Origin: Felis catus
Taxonomy: Eukaryota
Assembly: GCF_018350175.1 (NCBI RefSeq)
Contig: NC_058368.1
Coordinates: 154,754,001-154,818,000, forward strand
DNA length: 64,000 nucleotides
Direction: 5' to 3'
Shown here: piece by piece, positions 11,717-24,811 of the stretch
Position numbering within the stretch: position 1 is the first letter of the stretch
How the letters are laid out: each line of letters begins with the position of its first letter
Notes under the pieces: generated by a model
Database searches by the model: none
What the model was told of the DNA's origin: nothing
What the model saw: the letters and a program-made list of their open reading frames with translations, nothing else
Position numbers and translations under genes: made by a program

Positions 11717-13449
11717 AAAAACTTTTTTTTTAAAGAAAGCAAAAGGAATTTCCACACTTTTGCACTCAATGGTAATTCTAACATTAAGTCCATATTTAGC
11801 ACAGCTGTTCACATTCCATAAAGTAGTTTCCCTTCTGATAGGAAAATGCGTTTTAAGCCTATGTTTATCAGATGTTTAGATGTGTAACTCAGAACTCAAA
11901 AGATTTAAAGATGCAAAAGCAGAAATAGCTCATAGTGAAAGATAGAGTCACAAAAAACGTATACCGTAGAAAAGTAGCATGAAACTTTCTATTTAAACCT
12001 TTAGAAAGGAAACATCTAGACGTCTGTATTAGGAGAATTATAATTAACAAAGCATTCCTTTCAAGTTTTAATTGTTGGCCACTTAAAAGAATTTGAGCTT
12101 ACAAATTAAAAGAAAAAAAATGGACAGATTCTAAGTAGATGCTTCATAAGCGAGGCTACGTTCATCTTTATAAAACATGAATATAATACTATTTACTACT
12201 TCAGCAGTAATTTCCATATAGAATTATACATTGCTAAATCCAGTAATCAGAGGGTTTTGTTTTGTTTTGTTACGCATTAAGCACAAAACATAGGATTATG
12301 TAGAATTGAAAACATCTGGATACACATCATTATTACTTATAGAAAGTTAAATTAATATTTTATACTAATATAAACAAAATAATACACAACATCTTTCATT
12401 ATTAGTGCACCCAATATTTATAATTTTGTCAGCAAAACAAAACCCAATTATAAGATTCAGAAAGTCTATTTTCTGTAAGATTATCCTAAAAGCACTGAAG
12501 CAGTAGATTTAAGACTTAAAATTTAGAATCGGAACTTATTGCATGGATCATCCATATCACTCAGCTACAAAACAGAAATTGTTTCTTCTATCTTTGTAGT
12601 CCTCATATTGTGTATTGTTTCACAAAAACTTAAATCTCCAAAATATTTGTGAAATTAAATAGTTCTCTATTAATATCACATTTTGTGCTTGATAGTTTCT
12701 TATCCAATATCCAAAAGATTTTTAAATTGGGCTCAGGTGTTTTCATTGGGGTGCTTCTTTTCCACAAATAGCATGGCTATCCTTCAATTTTTTGAGAGAA
12801 AACAATGTTAAAGACAACAAAACTACACGCCACATCCATTAGCGAAGGTTTCTGTGTAACAACTTAAAGTGTAAATATCTAAAACAATTTGCCTACCTAT
12901 TCCAGATAACAATGGCTTCATTTGAAGAGGATACATACAAACCATTTTTACAAGATAAGGTTATAATGAAGAAAACAGTTGAGGCTTTTGTTGATAGATT
13001 TCCGTGGCAGGTACAAATAGTGAATACTTAATAAGAGCAACAAATAAAATGTAATCAAAATTCTAGAGACTCACAAGCTTGAAGCTATTTTGTCAAACTT
13101 ATTATCCTGGCTCCTTCTAACCAATGTATACTCGAGGGACACTGCCACATAGCAGATTTCTCAAACAGGCCATTTGCTCACTCTAACCAGGTGTCCACTC
13201 AAAACTTAACTTTCATTACCTAACATGGTGATATGTATTATTCCCCCCCCCCCCCGCCCCGCCTTGGACTCTGTTTTGCTCTTAGTAGTAGCTGGGATTA
13301 TCTTCCTCACATACCATTTTCAATACATCGTTCTCTACGTAGGGAATATATCCCCTTCATATAGCCATAATATTATTAGGAAGACCCTCAAAGTTCTAGA
13401 GGGAAGCCTTCGGAAGTATATAAAACAGAGTCATAAAGATTCTGGTGTC

Positions 13450-14520
13450 CATTCATTGTTCATCCAGTGTGAACTGAGTGCCTATTATGCGCCGGGCATG
13501 GTGAGAACTGCTAATGAGAGCTACTAGCAATAAAGAAGTGATAGGAAAAACCTAGATTTTTTTTTCTCTCCTGTAGTTTACACCCTCATGAAAGGGACAG
13601 ACAGGAAAGGACAAGGGATAAACAATGATCCTGTTAATAGTTAATTTGGCCAAAGAAAGAAGATCAACAGGAACCCCTGCAGTTGAACAAGTTGTATTAT
13701 GACTTGTTGTGGCCTGGGGGTGGCAGCTGGGGTGTTGGGGGGTCGGTACACATTCTTGGTACCTGTGGTGTCAACAAGGGCATTAGAAAAAGTCTTTTAT
13801 GACATTTGAGCTCTGGGTAATACTGGGGCTAGTTTAGGGGTAGATTGGGTGTTCTCATAAAGAATGGGCAATCCTAACATGGAATACCTCAATAAATCTC
13901 ACCTGTAGAGAAGACAGATAAGGCAAGGTTAAAGCTGTAACTGGCTTTAAAAGGTGGTGGTCACTCATTTAGTGACAGGAGGTTGTGGGTATTTTGTGGG
14001 CTACCTAGTGATTTTGATGACGTGAACGTTCTGTGTGGGTCATTATTGTCCAGCAAGAGAACAATGTGGCTTAGTTGTAGCAACGAGTTCAGTTTGTAAC
14101 AACATCCAGGCCTAGGTTTGAGTGATGTATCCATGACCAGACATTAGGGATTGCTTCTTCTTCTTTTTTATTTTTTTCCTCACAGATTACTCAGAAAATA
14201 AACAGGATAAAATGATAAACATCACTAGCACTAATACACATAATGTGCCCAAAAGAGAGCTCTTTGTGAAGATGACATTAAGCTAAGACCCAAGGTATAA
14301 TGACATAAAGACATTAAAAAGAAACTTAACCAGGCAAAAACAAGGGCATAAACCCAGGAGAGAAGGGGCAGGGCATGTTGGAAAACCAGGAAGAAGAACA
14401 GTGTATCTGGAAAAGAGTAAGGGGCAAGGAGAAGGGCATGAGATACAGAGTCATGTAGATTATAGTAAGGGGTTTACACGTCACCCTAAAAGCAATGGGA
14501 AATAGTAATAGGCTGTAAGT
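13450..14520 (-). mobile_element. L2 LINE relic (3' end), split by an LTR
   Basis: L2 tail text 'cattcattgttcatcc...actgagtgcctattatgcgccgggcatgg'. It resumes after 14190 with purine-rich L2-type text ('ccctaaaagcaatgggaa'). Confidence 0.6.
13632..14184 (-). mobile_element. Solo LTR of an old endogenous retrovirus (probably ERVL class; subfamily uncertain)
   Basis: About 550 bp bounded by TG...CA. It interrupts L2, and the flanks gatcc / gatta partly match as a 5-bp TSD. Confidence 0.55.
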
Positions 14521-14570
14521 GTGGGTGCATGAAGTGACTAATTACTGACTTTATGCCAGGCCCACATCCA

Positions 14571-14949
14571 GGTAGAGGCTGAATCGTGTCCACCCAAAAT
14601 TGTATGTTAAAATGCTAGGTCCTAGTACTTCAGAATATTACTGTGTTTGGGGACGAGGTCTTTAAGTAAGTAATTAAATTAAAATGAGGTCATTAGGGTG
14701 GGCCCTCCTTCAATATAACTGGTGTCTTCATACAAAAAAGAAATTGGGATACAAACAGATACAAAGGAAACACCATGGAAGACACAGGAAGAGAAGATAA
14801 CCATCTACAAGCTAAGGAGACAGGCCTCAGAAGAAATCGATCCTGCTGACACCTTGATCTTAGACTCCTAGCCTCTAGATTTGTGAAAAAAAGATTTCTG
14901 TTGTTTAAGTCACCCAGGATTGTTATGACTGCCCTAGCAAATGAATACA
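14571..14949 (+). mobile_element. MaLR solo LTR (MLT1B-like)
   Basis: 'ggctgaatcgtgtcc..caaaatt', 'aaaatgaggtcattagggtgggccct', 'cctgctgacaccttgatcttagact' and end 'gccctagcaaatgaataca'. Confidence 0.9.
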
Positions 14950-15939
14950 CTGAGTTACCAGTACAACATCCTTCAATGCCCAAAGCTATGAAGTCACTGC
15001 TGAAAGTTCACTGAGTCAATGTTCATTTTTGCTTGAAAAAATAAAAGTTGCTATATAGTTAGTGGCACCAAAAATGTTCACCTCTCTGGGTTTCAAACCT
15101 CTAGTGAGAGTTAGGACAAGAAGGCAGCCATATTGCTTCTAATTCTAAAGTCATAGGCTTTATCATACAGGCCATTACAATCATACTTCCAAAAATATAG
15201 CCCTGTATTTATATCATATCTTCCTTCTAAAGAGTTCAAAACACTTCAAAGACATTTTCATATCAATTCTCAAAGCATCCTGTAAAGGCAGATAGGTGGG
15301 AAATATTATCATTCCTATTTGACATTTCTATACACCTACTCACTTGATTATAAGATCATTTTAACTGAATATATAATTTTTTCTGTGAAAAGAATACATG
15401 CCCAGAGAAAAAATGATGTTCACCAGAAAATAGTATAATTTTGGATAAAGATCGCTCTCACATGCCGAATGGCCTGAACGTTTGTAATACACACAATGAC
15501 CCTTGAGATTTTAATTTAGATATTATTTCTCCCTTTTTATGTTTTTTTTAAAGGTAGGAGTATTAACAAAATAACAGCCATATTTTTCTAGGTAGGACCA
15601 AACTGAGGATAATTGGTCTATTTTATCTATATATTCATAATACAGTGTCTGTTACACTTTTAATGAGTGTATTTTTTCCTTTGAGTAAAATATCACTTAT
15701 ACATGATGATTTGTAATGAGAAATAGATTGTTTATCAGGCAAGTCAATTTTAAACAAAAATGCAATTTAAAACTTTCTAATATTGAAAAAAGATAGCTAC
15801 ACCTCAATTCATATCTTTCCCCTTTTGAGAGGATAAAAACAAATATCCCTAATTTATGGCCCCTTCTTACCTCAACAGCTTTATTCTCCTATCACTCCCC
15901 CTCCTGCTTCCTATGCTTCAGATTCATTGAGTGTCACAC

Positions 15940-16290
15940 ATTGATTCATTCATTCATTCATTCAATAAATACCGTCAACATTGTAAGACATGGAGTTAAA
16001 GTACTGAAAGAGATTAAGTAAGGCCCCTTCCTTCATGGAGTATACCTTTAGCAGGGAAGTAAATAAACAAATAAAATAGTTCTATATTGTCATAAATGCT
16101 TTAGTGGTAATCCAGTGACATGGATAGAGGAAACTGGACAAAGACTTCTTTAAAAATGATGATAGAGAGAAGGCTCTATGAGAAAGTGAAAGTTTTGCCA
16201 AGATCTTAAGAAAATGGGTCAGTTGCTTGAAGAGTTGAATTAATAATTTTAAGCAGAAGGAACTGCAAATCTCAAAGATGTAAGGCTGCA
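15940..16290 (-). mobile_element. L2 LINE relic
   Basis: (CATT)n tail 'attcattcattcattcaataaata' followed by 'ccttcatggagtatacct'. Confidence 0.65.
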
Positions 16291-16294
16291 ATGG

Positions 16295-16472
16295 CAGAAG
16301 TGGGCGATGGTTATAGAATTAGAACCAGACCAAAATGAAAATGCAAGGCTCTTGTTTAAAAATTATCAAAAATTTCCAGATGGTGACAGTCGAGCATTAA
16401 ACTAAGTGGTAGGCCTGTCTGAACAGAGACGCTGTGCCACTCTACAGTTGTATACCCATGAAGCCACGCCTG
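16295..16472 (-). mobile_element. MER91A-like hAT DNA transposon fossil
   Basis: 'aaaatgaaaatgcaaggctcttgttt...gatggtgacagtcgagcattaaactaag...cccatgaagccacgcctg' matches the recalled MER91 antisense. Confidence 0.7.
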
Positions 16473-19400
16473 AAAGGCCGGGCCGGGCGGGAGGGGAGGG
16501 GAGGGGGTTCTGGGATTGAAGGTCACTATGAGATCGGAGCCTTCGAGTACTAGAGCACTGGAATGGGGCATGAACACAACATAATAGGTCTGTTTGTTCT
16601 GGCAGTAGATGACCTGGAAGACTGACACTTTCACAGGAATGTGTGATAACCAGGAAGGTACAGTCCAAGGAGAAGTATTTCTCACTGACAACAGGGAGAT
16701 AGGTGAGCTTCAAGGTGAGGCTTCTTCTCTTCTAAAAACTGTAGCTGTATCCATCCATGGCCCTAGTAGTTGCATAATGGAGACATTTTCTTTCTTGCTT
16801 CTAGGCTTTGCAAGTCTAGAATAAACCACCCTCTACCTTGACTTCATCATCGCTATGAACTCTAGGCAGGTAAAGACCACTTGTGACTTATTTGCCCCAA
16901 CTCTTAGCCCATAGTACATTTGTAATCATATACTGTGTTAATCAGTCAGTGACATAAGGAGTAAATAATTCTATCTTGTGGTAAGTGACACTGTTGACGT
17001 TTTTGGAATAGTCAATATTGGAAAATTTTATATTATGCAGTTATGTTTGGCAAATAACTATTCAGAAGAGGAAATTCCACCTTGCCACTTTTTTGTCTGT
17101 TTATAAGTGAATATAAATAAATGTATTTGGCATCACAAGGGCAAATAGTATCAAATACCAGACTGATTCTGACTAAAGATCAAAATGCCTAGATAGTTTC
17201 TTATTCTCATTCTTAGTTCTTTTCTTCCAAGAATAGGGCAGTTAGTAATTAACACAAGATTATAAAAATATTCCATAAGTATACTAAGAGCTATTAAAAT
17301 ACATTGACAGATCATTAACCTAATTTAACATTTTTCATACAATTTGGTTAACCAGGGAAATGCAAGTCACTTAGAACATCTGCTAAAAATTATATGGTGA
17401 GTTCAAAGAATGCCCAAATTATTCTTCTTATGATTTGCACAAATAATTTAGATTATGCAGAATTTGTGACATAAACTATGTCCTGACATAAATTATTAAC
17501 ACAGAGTCACTTACTTACCTAGACAGAATTTCACCTCTAGGTTGCCTCGATAGCAGAAATATACAGAAAAGTAAATATGGTTTATTCAATATGTGGAATT
17601 CTGACTGCTCACAGGTATTACAAAACGGGCCTAGGTTTTATCAACATGTATGGAATACATGTAATAATCAACATGTATGGAATGGAAAATATTTTCAAAA
17701 ACTAAAGTACTGTTTATGTTTGGGCAATTTGGGGAAAAAACAGAGTTAGAATTTTCAAAACCAGCACAGCTAACCACATGCTGAAAAAGGACTGATAGGG
17801 ATGTACCTATGATCTTCAATCTGCATTTGGTTTCTCAAATATTTTTTGAAACCCATTGGGAAAAATTAGAAAGAAATTTTCTGGGTCTTGGATAAGATGG
17901 CTGTACCAATACGTAAAATTCGTTTGTGTTTAACAACGTCTTATTTATATATTAGTTTTCCCTACCCTTGGTTAAGGGTTAACTGGGTTCAAATTTCTAT
18001 GAATGTGTGTCTTTCCTGGATGGATATGGCATAGATTGAAAATTCTCTTTCCATACAAGACTGTTACTTTTCTCTGAGCATGGAAGCCTCGGATGCTTAG
18101 GAGTGTAACCTTCTAAGCCAAATGAGAAAGTAATTTGCCATTTCTTGGAAACAAACTGCTAACTCCATTAATGTTTCTCCACAAACATTTTTAAACTACC
18201 AAAAATGTATGGAAGATCATTAGAAAAGTTAACAATACCTGTCTTGCTCTCCCCTTTCTGCTCTCACTGTTCATTTCCCCTTTCAGTGTGTTCAACAGGG
18301 ATCACACATATATATTCAGATTAACTCAATACAAAGCTGGCATGAATGTGTAGGCATAAATGACATTCATCTTCCTTGCATAAACACATTCTAACAACGA
18401 TGTTTATCTTCAAGCCTTTTTTACCAATCATTCCATATTACCAAGTGAACAAAAATCTGTTTCACTATGTGCCTTACATGTATATGTGGAAACTTCCAAC
18501 AGAATCAGGTTCTAAAACATTCCTCTGAAACTCCTTTCATCCCGGGCTCCCATGTTGGGCAAGTCTTGGGTGAGCCATACAATAAGAATAATTAGTGTTC
18601 AATGTATAGACGTCCATTATCTCTGAAAAAGGAGCCCAGGTGAACCCCTAAACTCTAAGCCTCATTCCTGCAATAGCCTCCCAAGTTCCAGTTCAGGCGC
18701 TAATCACAAGAACTTCGTTAGGTAGATTCAGCCCACGTGTAATATTTTACAGAAGATGCTGCCTGAAATTAAGCAATTTGTCAGGCAACAGTTTCTAGTA
18801 AATCTAGTATTTATGACAGAGGTCCTAAGTTTCCAACAACCATACACTTCTTCCTCTTTTTCTAGGAGTCTGCTGCACACTGGCGGTGTTGTGACTGAAC
18901 TTCTGCATTAAGTCAATGCACCTGATCTTCGCATACTGACAGTTGGATCTTGTTCCCCTCCCAGACTTTCTGCTTTTGAAAATATACTATTGGATTCTCC
19001 CAGGTCTTCTTTTCCCTACACTATAGAAGTTCCATTTCCTGTCAGTCTACTTCTTGGGAATATTAATGGCATAACATTATTACAGTCACTGCCTTTTTTT
19101 TTTTTTCTTTTTGGAGGGGGTAATGCAGATTGCCAGGTTTAGCAATTGCAGATTAGATTTGAAAGAGAAGAGATTCAAATGCAGCAATGCTGCCAGAAGA
19201 CAGCTACTTCACTGATTTAGAATCAGTGAAATGTGTGACAGGAAAGACTATGTGTTGGCAATAGGGCTTGATACATGTTTCAAGAGCAAAATTGAAACTC
19301 TCCTCCCATGGTTCACAGCTATAGATCACCAAAAAGATCTCAGACGTAAAAGGCTGCAGGCCCTGCCTTCTCCTTCATCCTCTCTCTGGGTGGAGACATA

Positions 19401-20474
19401 GATTTCAAAATTAGATGTGTCAAAGCTTTCACAATTCATTGCTAAAGACATGCCTAAAACTGGCTCTTATTGAAAAAATATATTAATTATATTTCTGCCT
19501 TTTTATCATGTAAATTTAGAGCTCATGAAAGGAACCAGATGGACAGCTTTTGGAAATGAATTCTTCCTTTGATTAAAAGACAAGAAATAAAGTTTCTACT
19601 TAACTCCGTCTCTGAAAAGCTTCCTCTTAAAACTTTCAGCAGCACTGAAACGATTAGAAATTCTGAATGCTAAGTTTGCACTGTGTGTGGGTATAGGTAG
19701 TAGAGTAATTATTAGTGTTAACAACAATCTGTTTTCTAGCAAATATTACATTTATTGGATTTGGGAAACTTTAAAGGTGAAAGCACTTTAATTCATTAAA
19801 CAGCATTCCATACACCATATGAATTCAAAACTTTATAAAAACTCCAAACTTGACAAAATTCTAACATTTCCAAATTAATTCTTCCAGTTCTGAAATCTTT
19901 TACTCATCTGATTGAATTTAATTTTCAGTAACTTTGGTGACTAAATAACTCACCTGACTATTTAAAATGTGTATTTGTTGTCTTTTCACGAAATAATCAT
20001 TCTCTATCAGCCCTATTGTAAGATGTTGATACAGTGGTAAATAAAAAAGACACTATTCACACTCTGAGGGCATTGACATTTGAGTAGAAAATGCCAAATC
20101 CCAGCACCAGGGAGAGTGCAAAATGCTAAGATATCAAACTCAGGAAATAACTTACTCAGATTTGGGGGTCAGTGACTATGAAAAGGATGGATACGAGAAT
20201 TTGGTATTTTGCAAGCAGTTGACTCAGCTAATCTGATTTAAATAATGGCTGATGGAGAAATCTGGGGGTAGTTTTAGGTGTTTCGGTAGCATGTTTTTCA
20301 TATTAAAATTTAGAAATTCATAGCTTAACTTTGTTCATGAGATGTTACTGCTACATATCTGTAAAACAAATAAATGAATAAATAAGCCCATAAATAAATA
20401 CATTATAAATAAACTATGAAAAGGAATTCCATCAATAGCTAAGAGGAAAGACTCATCACCATACAGGATACTTC

Positions 20475-20692
20475 TTTTTTTTTATTTTTTAAAATGTTTT
20501 GTTTATTTTTGAGAGAGAGAGAGAGAGAGACAGAATATGAGTGGGGGAGAGGTAGAGAGAGAGGGAGACACAGAATCCACAAAGCAGGCTCCAGGCTCTG
20601 AGCTGTCAGCACAGAGCCTGACATGGGGCTCGAACTGGTGAACCATGAGCCAAAGGCAAATGCTTAAATGACTGAGCCCCCCCAGGTGCCCC
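20475..20692 (-). mobile_element. Can-SINE with a small internal deletion
   Basis: Antisense SINE with (GA)n. TSD aggatacttc / aggatatttc. It lacks the 'atcatgacctgag' segment seen in sibling copies. Confidence 0.93.
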
Positions 20693-21737
20693 AGGATATT
20701 TCCTAATAATATATTAGTTACCTAAAAGATTGCTCACATCTTGCAGTTCACCCCTACTTCAGCCTCCTTCCTTTTCTGGTCACATTGGCTTTGGGGCACA
20801 TTCCAACCCAGGAGTCAAGTGCAAAAATAAAACCAAAAAGACTTGGCTTAAATTAACATCCAGCTTTTTGATCTCATGATAAAATGGAACTATTGGCATT
20901 ACAAATCCTACTGGTTTATCTAAACTGATACAAGTTCTGATGATTTTCCTGGATAATTTTAATATGTTGAATCTAGTAGTTTGTTCTCAAGTCTGGACGA
21001 AATGCTAAGTTGTTTATTTGTTGGTATCGATTGTGTGCTTCCTCCACAAACTGGAAACTGAAAGTTTCTACTCAGTGACTGCTATCCCAGGTTTGTTCTA
21101 AGGTTCAAAACCTTAGTTCTCAAGTGTCAACTTTCAAAAAAAACCGGACCTAAAATAAAATACAGTACTCAGTCTAAGTTTTATTCTTAAGAAGCACTTT
21201 TTCTAGATTGGTGTAACTTCCATCAATAGTGATTTGTGATGTAACAGCATTAAAATAATAATTGATTTCTTATGTTAAAGAATCACTCTGCCTTCTAACA
21301 TGATGTGGTTTTAATTTTGAAGAGGATTTCATGAAAGGTTTCTTCAGCTGAATTGATTTTCATGGTGTTAAGTATAGAAAATGATACTTCCTTTGGACTA
21401 ATTTCATTAGCATCATCCCAGAACTCTGCATCTCCTAACGTGTTGCTTAGTTTCTGCAAAGTCCTCCTCTTCTATCCCAAGCCCTTTGGAAGCTCCATGA
21501 GAATAGAGCCCATGCTTCAGTGTTCACCACTGTACTCCCAACACTTATAAAAACAGGCTCACAATACTGCTCATTGTGTATTTATTATTTGAATGAATGA
21601 TGGGTAAATGAATACATGAAGTGTATGTAACTCATAGAGCCTAGAGTTATTACTCTGTTCTTTATGAAATGCCATAAAAAGGAAAAGGCAACATTTTTGT
21701 AATAATGATAAAAACTCGTATTTTTCAGTAGAGTTGT

Positions 21738-21985
21738 GGGAGAGCCAGTGTCGTGGTTAAGTGTTGGGCTTCACAGCTGACTGCCTGAGGGGGGAATCTT
21801 GGCCCAGCTGTTCACCACTGTGAGCCCCTCAGTGAGTTACCCAGAGTGCTTGGTGAGTGCTTGGCCTTTCAGCGGTCTCATCATAGAGTCAGTGCGGGAA
21901 TCAAAGCAGTCAACCTTTGCAAATTGCTTAGAACAGTGCCTACCAAATAGAAAACATTCAACAGTTATCAGCATTTATTATTTCA
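21738..21985 (+). mobile_element. MIR SINE relic
   Basis: 'gtggttaagtgttgggct...gactgcctg' head and 'gcttagaacagtgcctaccaaatagaaaacattcaa' 3' end. Confidence 0.7.
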
Positions 21986-22712
21986 AGCCGAGGGTCCTTC
22001 CTACCCTGTGCTAGAAAGTGCTTTCTTCAAAAATCTTTAAAATTTACCTTCAAATCCACTCACATATTTTATGATCCATTTTAAATCATGGCAACATGTG
22101 CATACTCTATATTTAAAGACTGTGATTCTAATCTTTTATTTTATATTTATGGTTTTATTATATCTATCATAATTCATAGGAATTTCTAAGATTCCATTTA
22201 ATTTAAAACACCCTATCCAGGAAGAAGTAGTAAATGGAGAGAATTCACTCCAAGTCAATGACGAAACAGAATTTTCTCGGAAGTACCAAACAAAAAATGG
22301 CCATTACGTCTCTCCTCTCAGATGGCTTACTGTCAAGTGTCAATCAGCACCCGAAGAGACAATGTTCCTACTTCATCTCTCAAATAGGAAACAGTTCTTG
22401 TCCTAAGTTTTACTTGATTTTGGTGATATGAAATAACTAAGGACTGCAAAACTGTCTGTCGGGAATGAGAACACCTGCAAAATATTTATAATAAATATAT
22501 ATTTGAAAATTTTCTGAAATGCATTTCTATTACTCCTGATTGGTATATGCCAACTTCAGACTAGTTTAGGGAAGAAATAGCTCATTCAGTCACCACTGCT
22601 GATACAACTAAGGACTCCTAAGAATAAAAAGTAAAGCTGCATATTTACCTCATTGCTAATACCAGACAAAATTGCAAGTGATTTAAATATTTAAGATTAA
22701 AAGTAAAATCAA

Positions 22713-22939
22713 GGGGCGCCTGGATGGCGCAGTCGGTTAAGCGTCCGACTTCAGCCAGGTCACGATCTCGCGGCCCGTGAGTTCGAGCCCCGCGTCAGGA
22801 TCTGGGCTGATGGCTCGGAGCCTGGAGCCTGTTTCCGATTCTGTGTCTCCCTCTCTCTCTCTGCCCCTCCCCCGTTCATGCTCTGTCTCTCTCTGTCCCA
22901 AAAATAAATAAACGTTGAAAAAAAAATTAAAAAAAAAAG
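22713..22939 (+). mobile_element. Young feline Can-SINE
   Basis: CpG-intact. Perfect TSD aaagtaaaatcaa at 22700-22712 and 22940-22952. Confidence 0.97.
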
Positions 22940-23489
22940 AAAGTAAAATCAAAAAGGTACTGAAAAAAAATTTAGGCAAATATTTTTACAATCCCTTGAG
23001 AAGGAAAGAATTTCATAATCTTAGCATCAAAAAGAAAAAGACACCAAAGAGAATTTGGTAGATTTGACTACATAAAAATGGTGAGCTTTTATATGACAAG
23101 CATAACAATTTTTATATCTAAGAAAAATTTATGAAAAAATGTTGCGAAATATATAAAAAGCAAATTACCAATAATGTAAGTAAATAAATCTTAACTGATA
23201 AATTAAAACTAAACAACTCAATTAAAAAAATAAGCAATATAAACAAGCAGGAAATTCTAAAAAAAAATAAAATGAACATATATTTACAAAGGGATGTGAA
23301 CCTCTACATGTAGGTACTGCACATTAAAGTAACACTATTATAATTTTTTTAAGCATTGGCTTGTATTAATAAGGTTGATTAAGTCCATGGTTGCTAAGGG
23401 TGATGGCAGATGAGTAATCACATTATTTAGAGATGAAAATATAAATTGGCAATATGCTTATGAGAATGATCTGTTAATAAAAAATAGAG

Positions 23490-23562
23490 ATAAAATATAT
23501 AAAAATATATAAGTATTTATATACAAAAAATATATAAAGTATATATAAAAATATATAAAGTA
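23490..23562. repeat. AT-rich short tandem repeat
   Basis: Repeated aaaaatatataa(a)gtat-type units. Confidence 0.75.
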
Positions 23563-23813
23563 TCATACTTTAAAAACTTCTAGTTATAGGATTTTAGGTG
23601 ATACAAAAAAAAAACTAATGTGTAATGGTTTATATACACATATATGTTAAAGTTAAAAAAATTAGAAAAATAATAAATTATGGTATAATAAAATATCACA
23701 GTCTACCAAAATGGTAATGTAGTACTAGACTAAAATAAAAAAATATCTATCATATGTGCTCAATTAAAAAAAAAAAGATTATAAACCCAGCATATTGATT
23801 ACAACTCTTTTTT

Positions 23814-24027
23814 TTAATTTTTTTTTCAACGTTTATTTATTTTTGGGACAGAGAGAGACAGAGCATGAACGGGGGAGGGGCAGAGAGAGAGGGAGACACA
23901 GAATCGGAAACAGGCTCCAGGCTCTGAGCCATCAGCCCAGAGCCCGACGCGGGGCTCGAACTCCCACCGCAAGATCATGACCTGGCTGAAGTCGGACGCT
24001 TAACCGACTGCGCCACCCAGGCGCCCC
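23814..24027 (-). mobile_element. Young feline Can-SINE
   Basis: CpG-intact. Perfect TSD tacaactctttttt at 23800-23813 and 24028-24041. Confidence 0.97.
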
Positions 24028-24304
24028 TACAACTCTTTTTTAATACATGCATTAGAAAAAGTTGGGAAAGTTTTATGCCAATACATGTCTTTTTAACAAC
24101 TTTAGTGTTTTGGTTTTTTTCATATCATAAACTTCACTTATTTCAAGCAGACAATTCAATGGTTTAGTAACGTTACCAAGTAGTATAACCATAACCATAA
24201 ATCCAATAAAATCCTTCATGCCTATTTAGGGTTGATTCTGCTTTGTATTCTCAGCTCCTGGTGACCACTAGTCTACCTTCTGTCTTTACAAATTTCCCTT
24301 TTCT

Positions 24305-24471
24305 GGGGCACCTGGGTGGCTCAGTTGGCTAAGACTCCGACTTCAGCTCAGGTCATGATCTCACAGTTCATGGGTTTGAGTTCCACGTCTGGCTTTGTGC
24401 TGACAGCTCAGAGCCTGAAGCCTGCTTTAGATTCTGTGTCCCTTTTCTCTTTTCTCCTCCCCTGCTCATGT

Positions 24472-24522
<51 letters not shown>

Positions 24523-24543
24523 AATAAATAAACATTAAAAAAA
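24305..24543 (+). mobile_element. Can-SINE
   Basis: 17-bp TSD ttacaaatttccctttt at 24286-24302 and 24544-24560. Confidence 0.96.
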
Positions 24544-24589
24544 TTACAAATTTCCCTTTTTTGAACATTTCATATAAATAAAATCATGT

Positions 24590-24811
24590 GGGGCGCCTGG
24601 GTGGCTCAGTCAGTTAAGCGTCCGACTTCGGCTCAGGTCATGATCTCACAGTCCGTGAGTTCGAGCCCCGCGTCGGGCTATGTGCTGACAGCTCAGAGCC
24701 TGGAGCCAGCTTCAGATTCTGTGTCTCCCTCTCTCTCTGACCTTCCCCCATTCATGCTCTGTCTCTCTCTGTCTCAAAAATAAATAAACATTAAAAAAAA
24801 TTAAAAAATAA
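24590..24811 (+). mobile_element. Can-SINE
   Basis: 16-bp TSD ataaataaaatcatgt at 24574-24589 and 24812-24827. Confidence 0.96.

Larger units (their letters stand above)
22640..23795 (+). mobile_element. Very old LINE-1 (L1ME-like) ORF2 C-terminal/3' fragment
   Basis: 'aggtactgaaaaaaaatttaggcaaatattttta' and 'gatttgactacataaaaat'. A-rich and highly decayed. Confidence 0.6.

Noticed and set aside
13243..13263. Poly-C run
   Set aside because: A simple homopolymer with no further structure.
18845..18990. Strong + strand acceptor (cttcttcctctttttctag) as a coding exon start
   Set aside because: All three frames hit a stop within ~50 nt and no good donor follows. A non-coding exon cannot be assessed from sequence alone.
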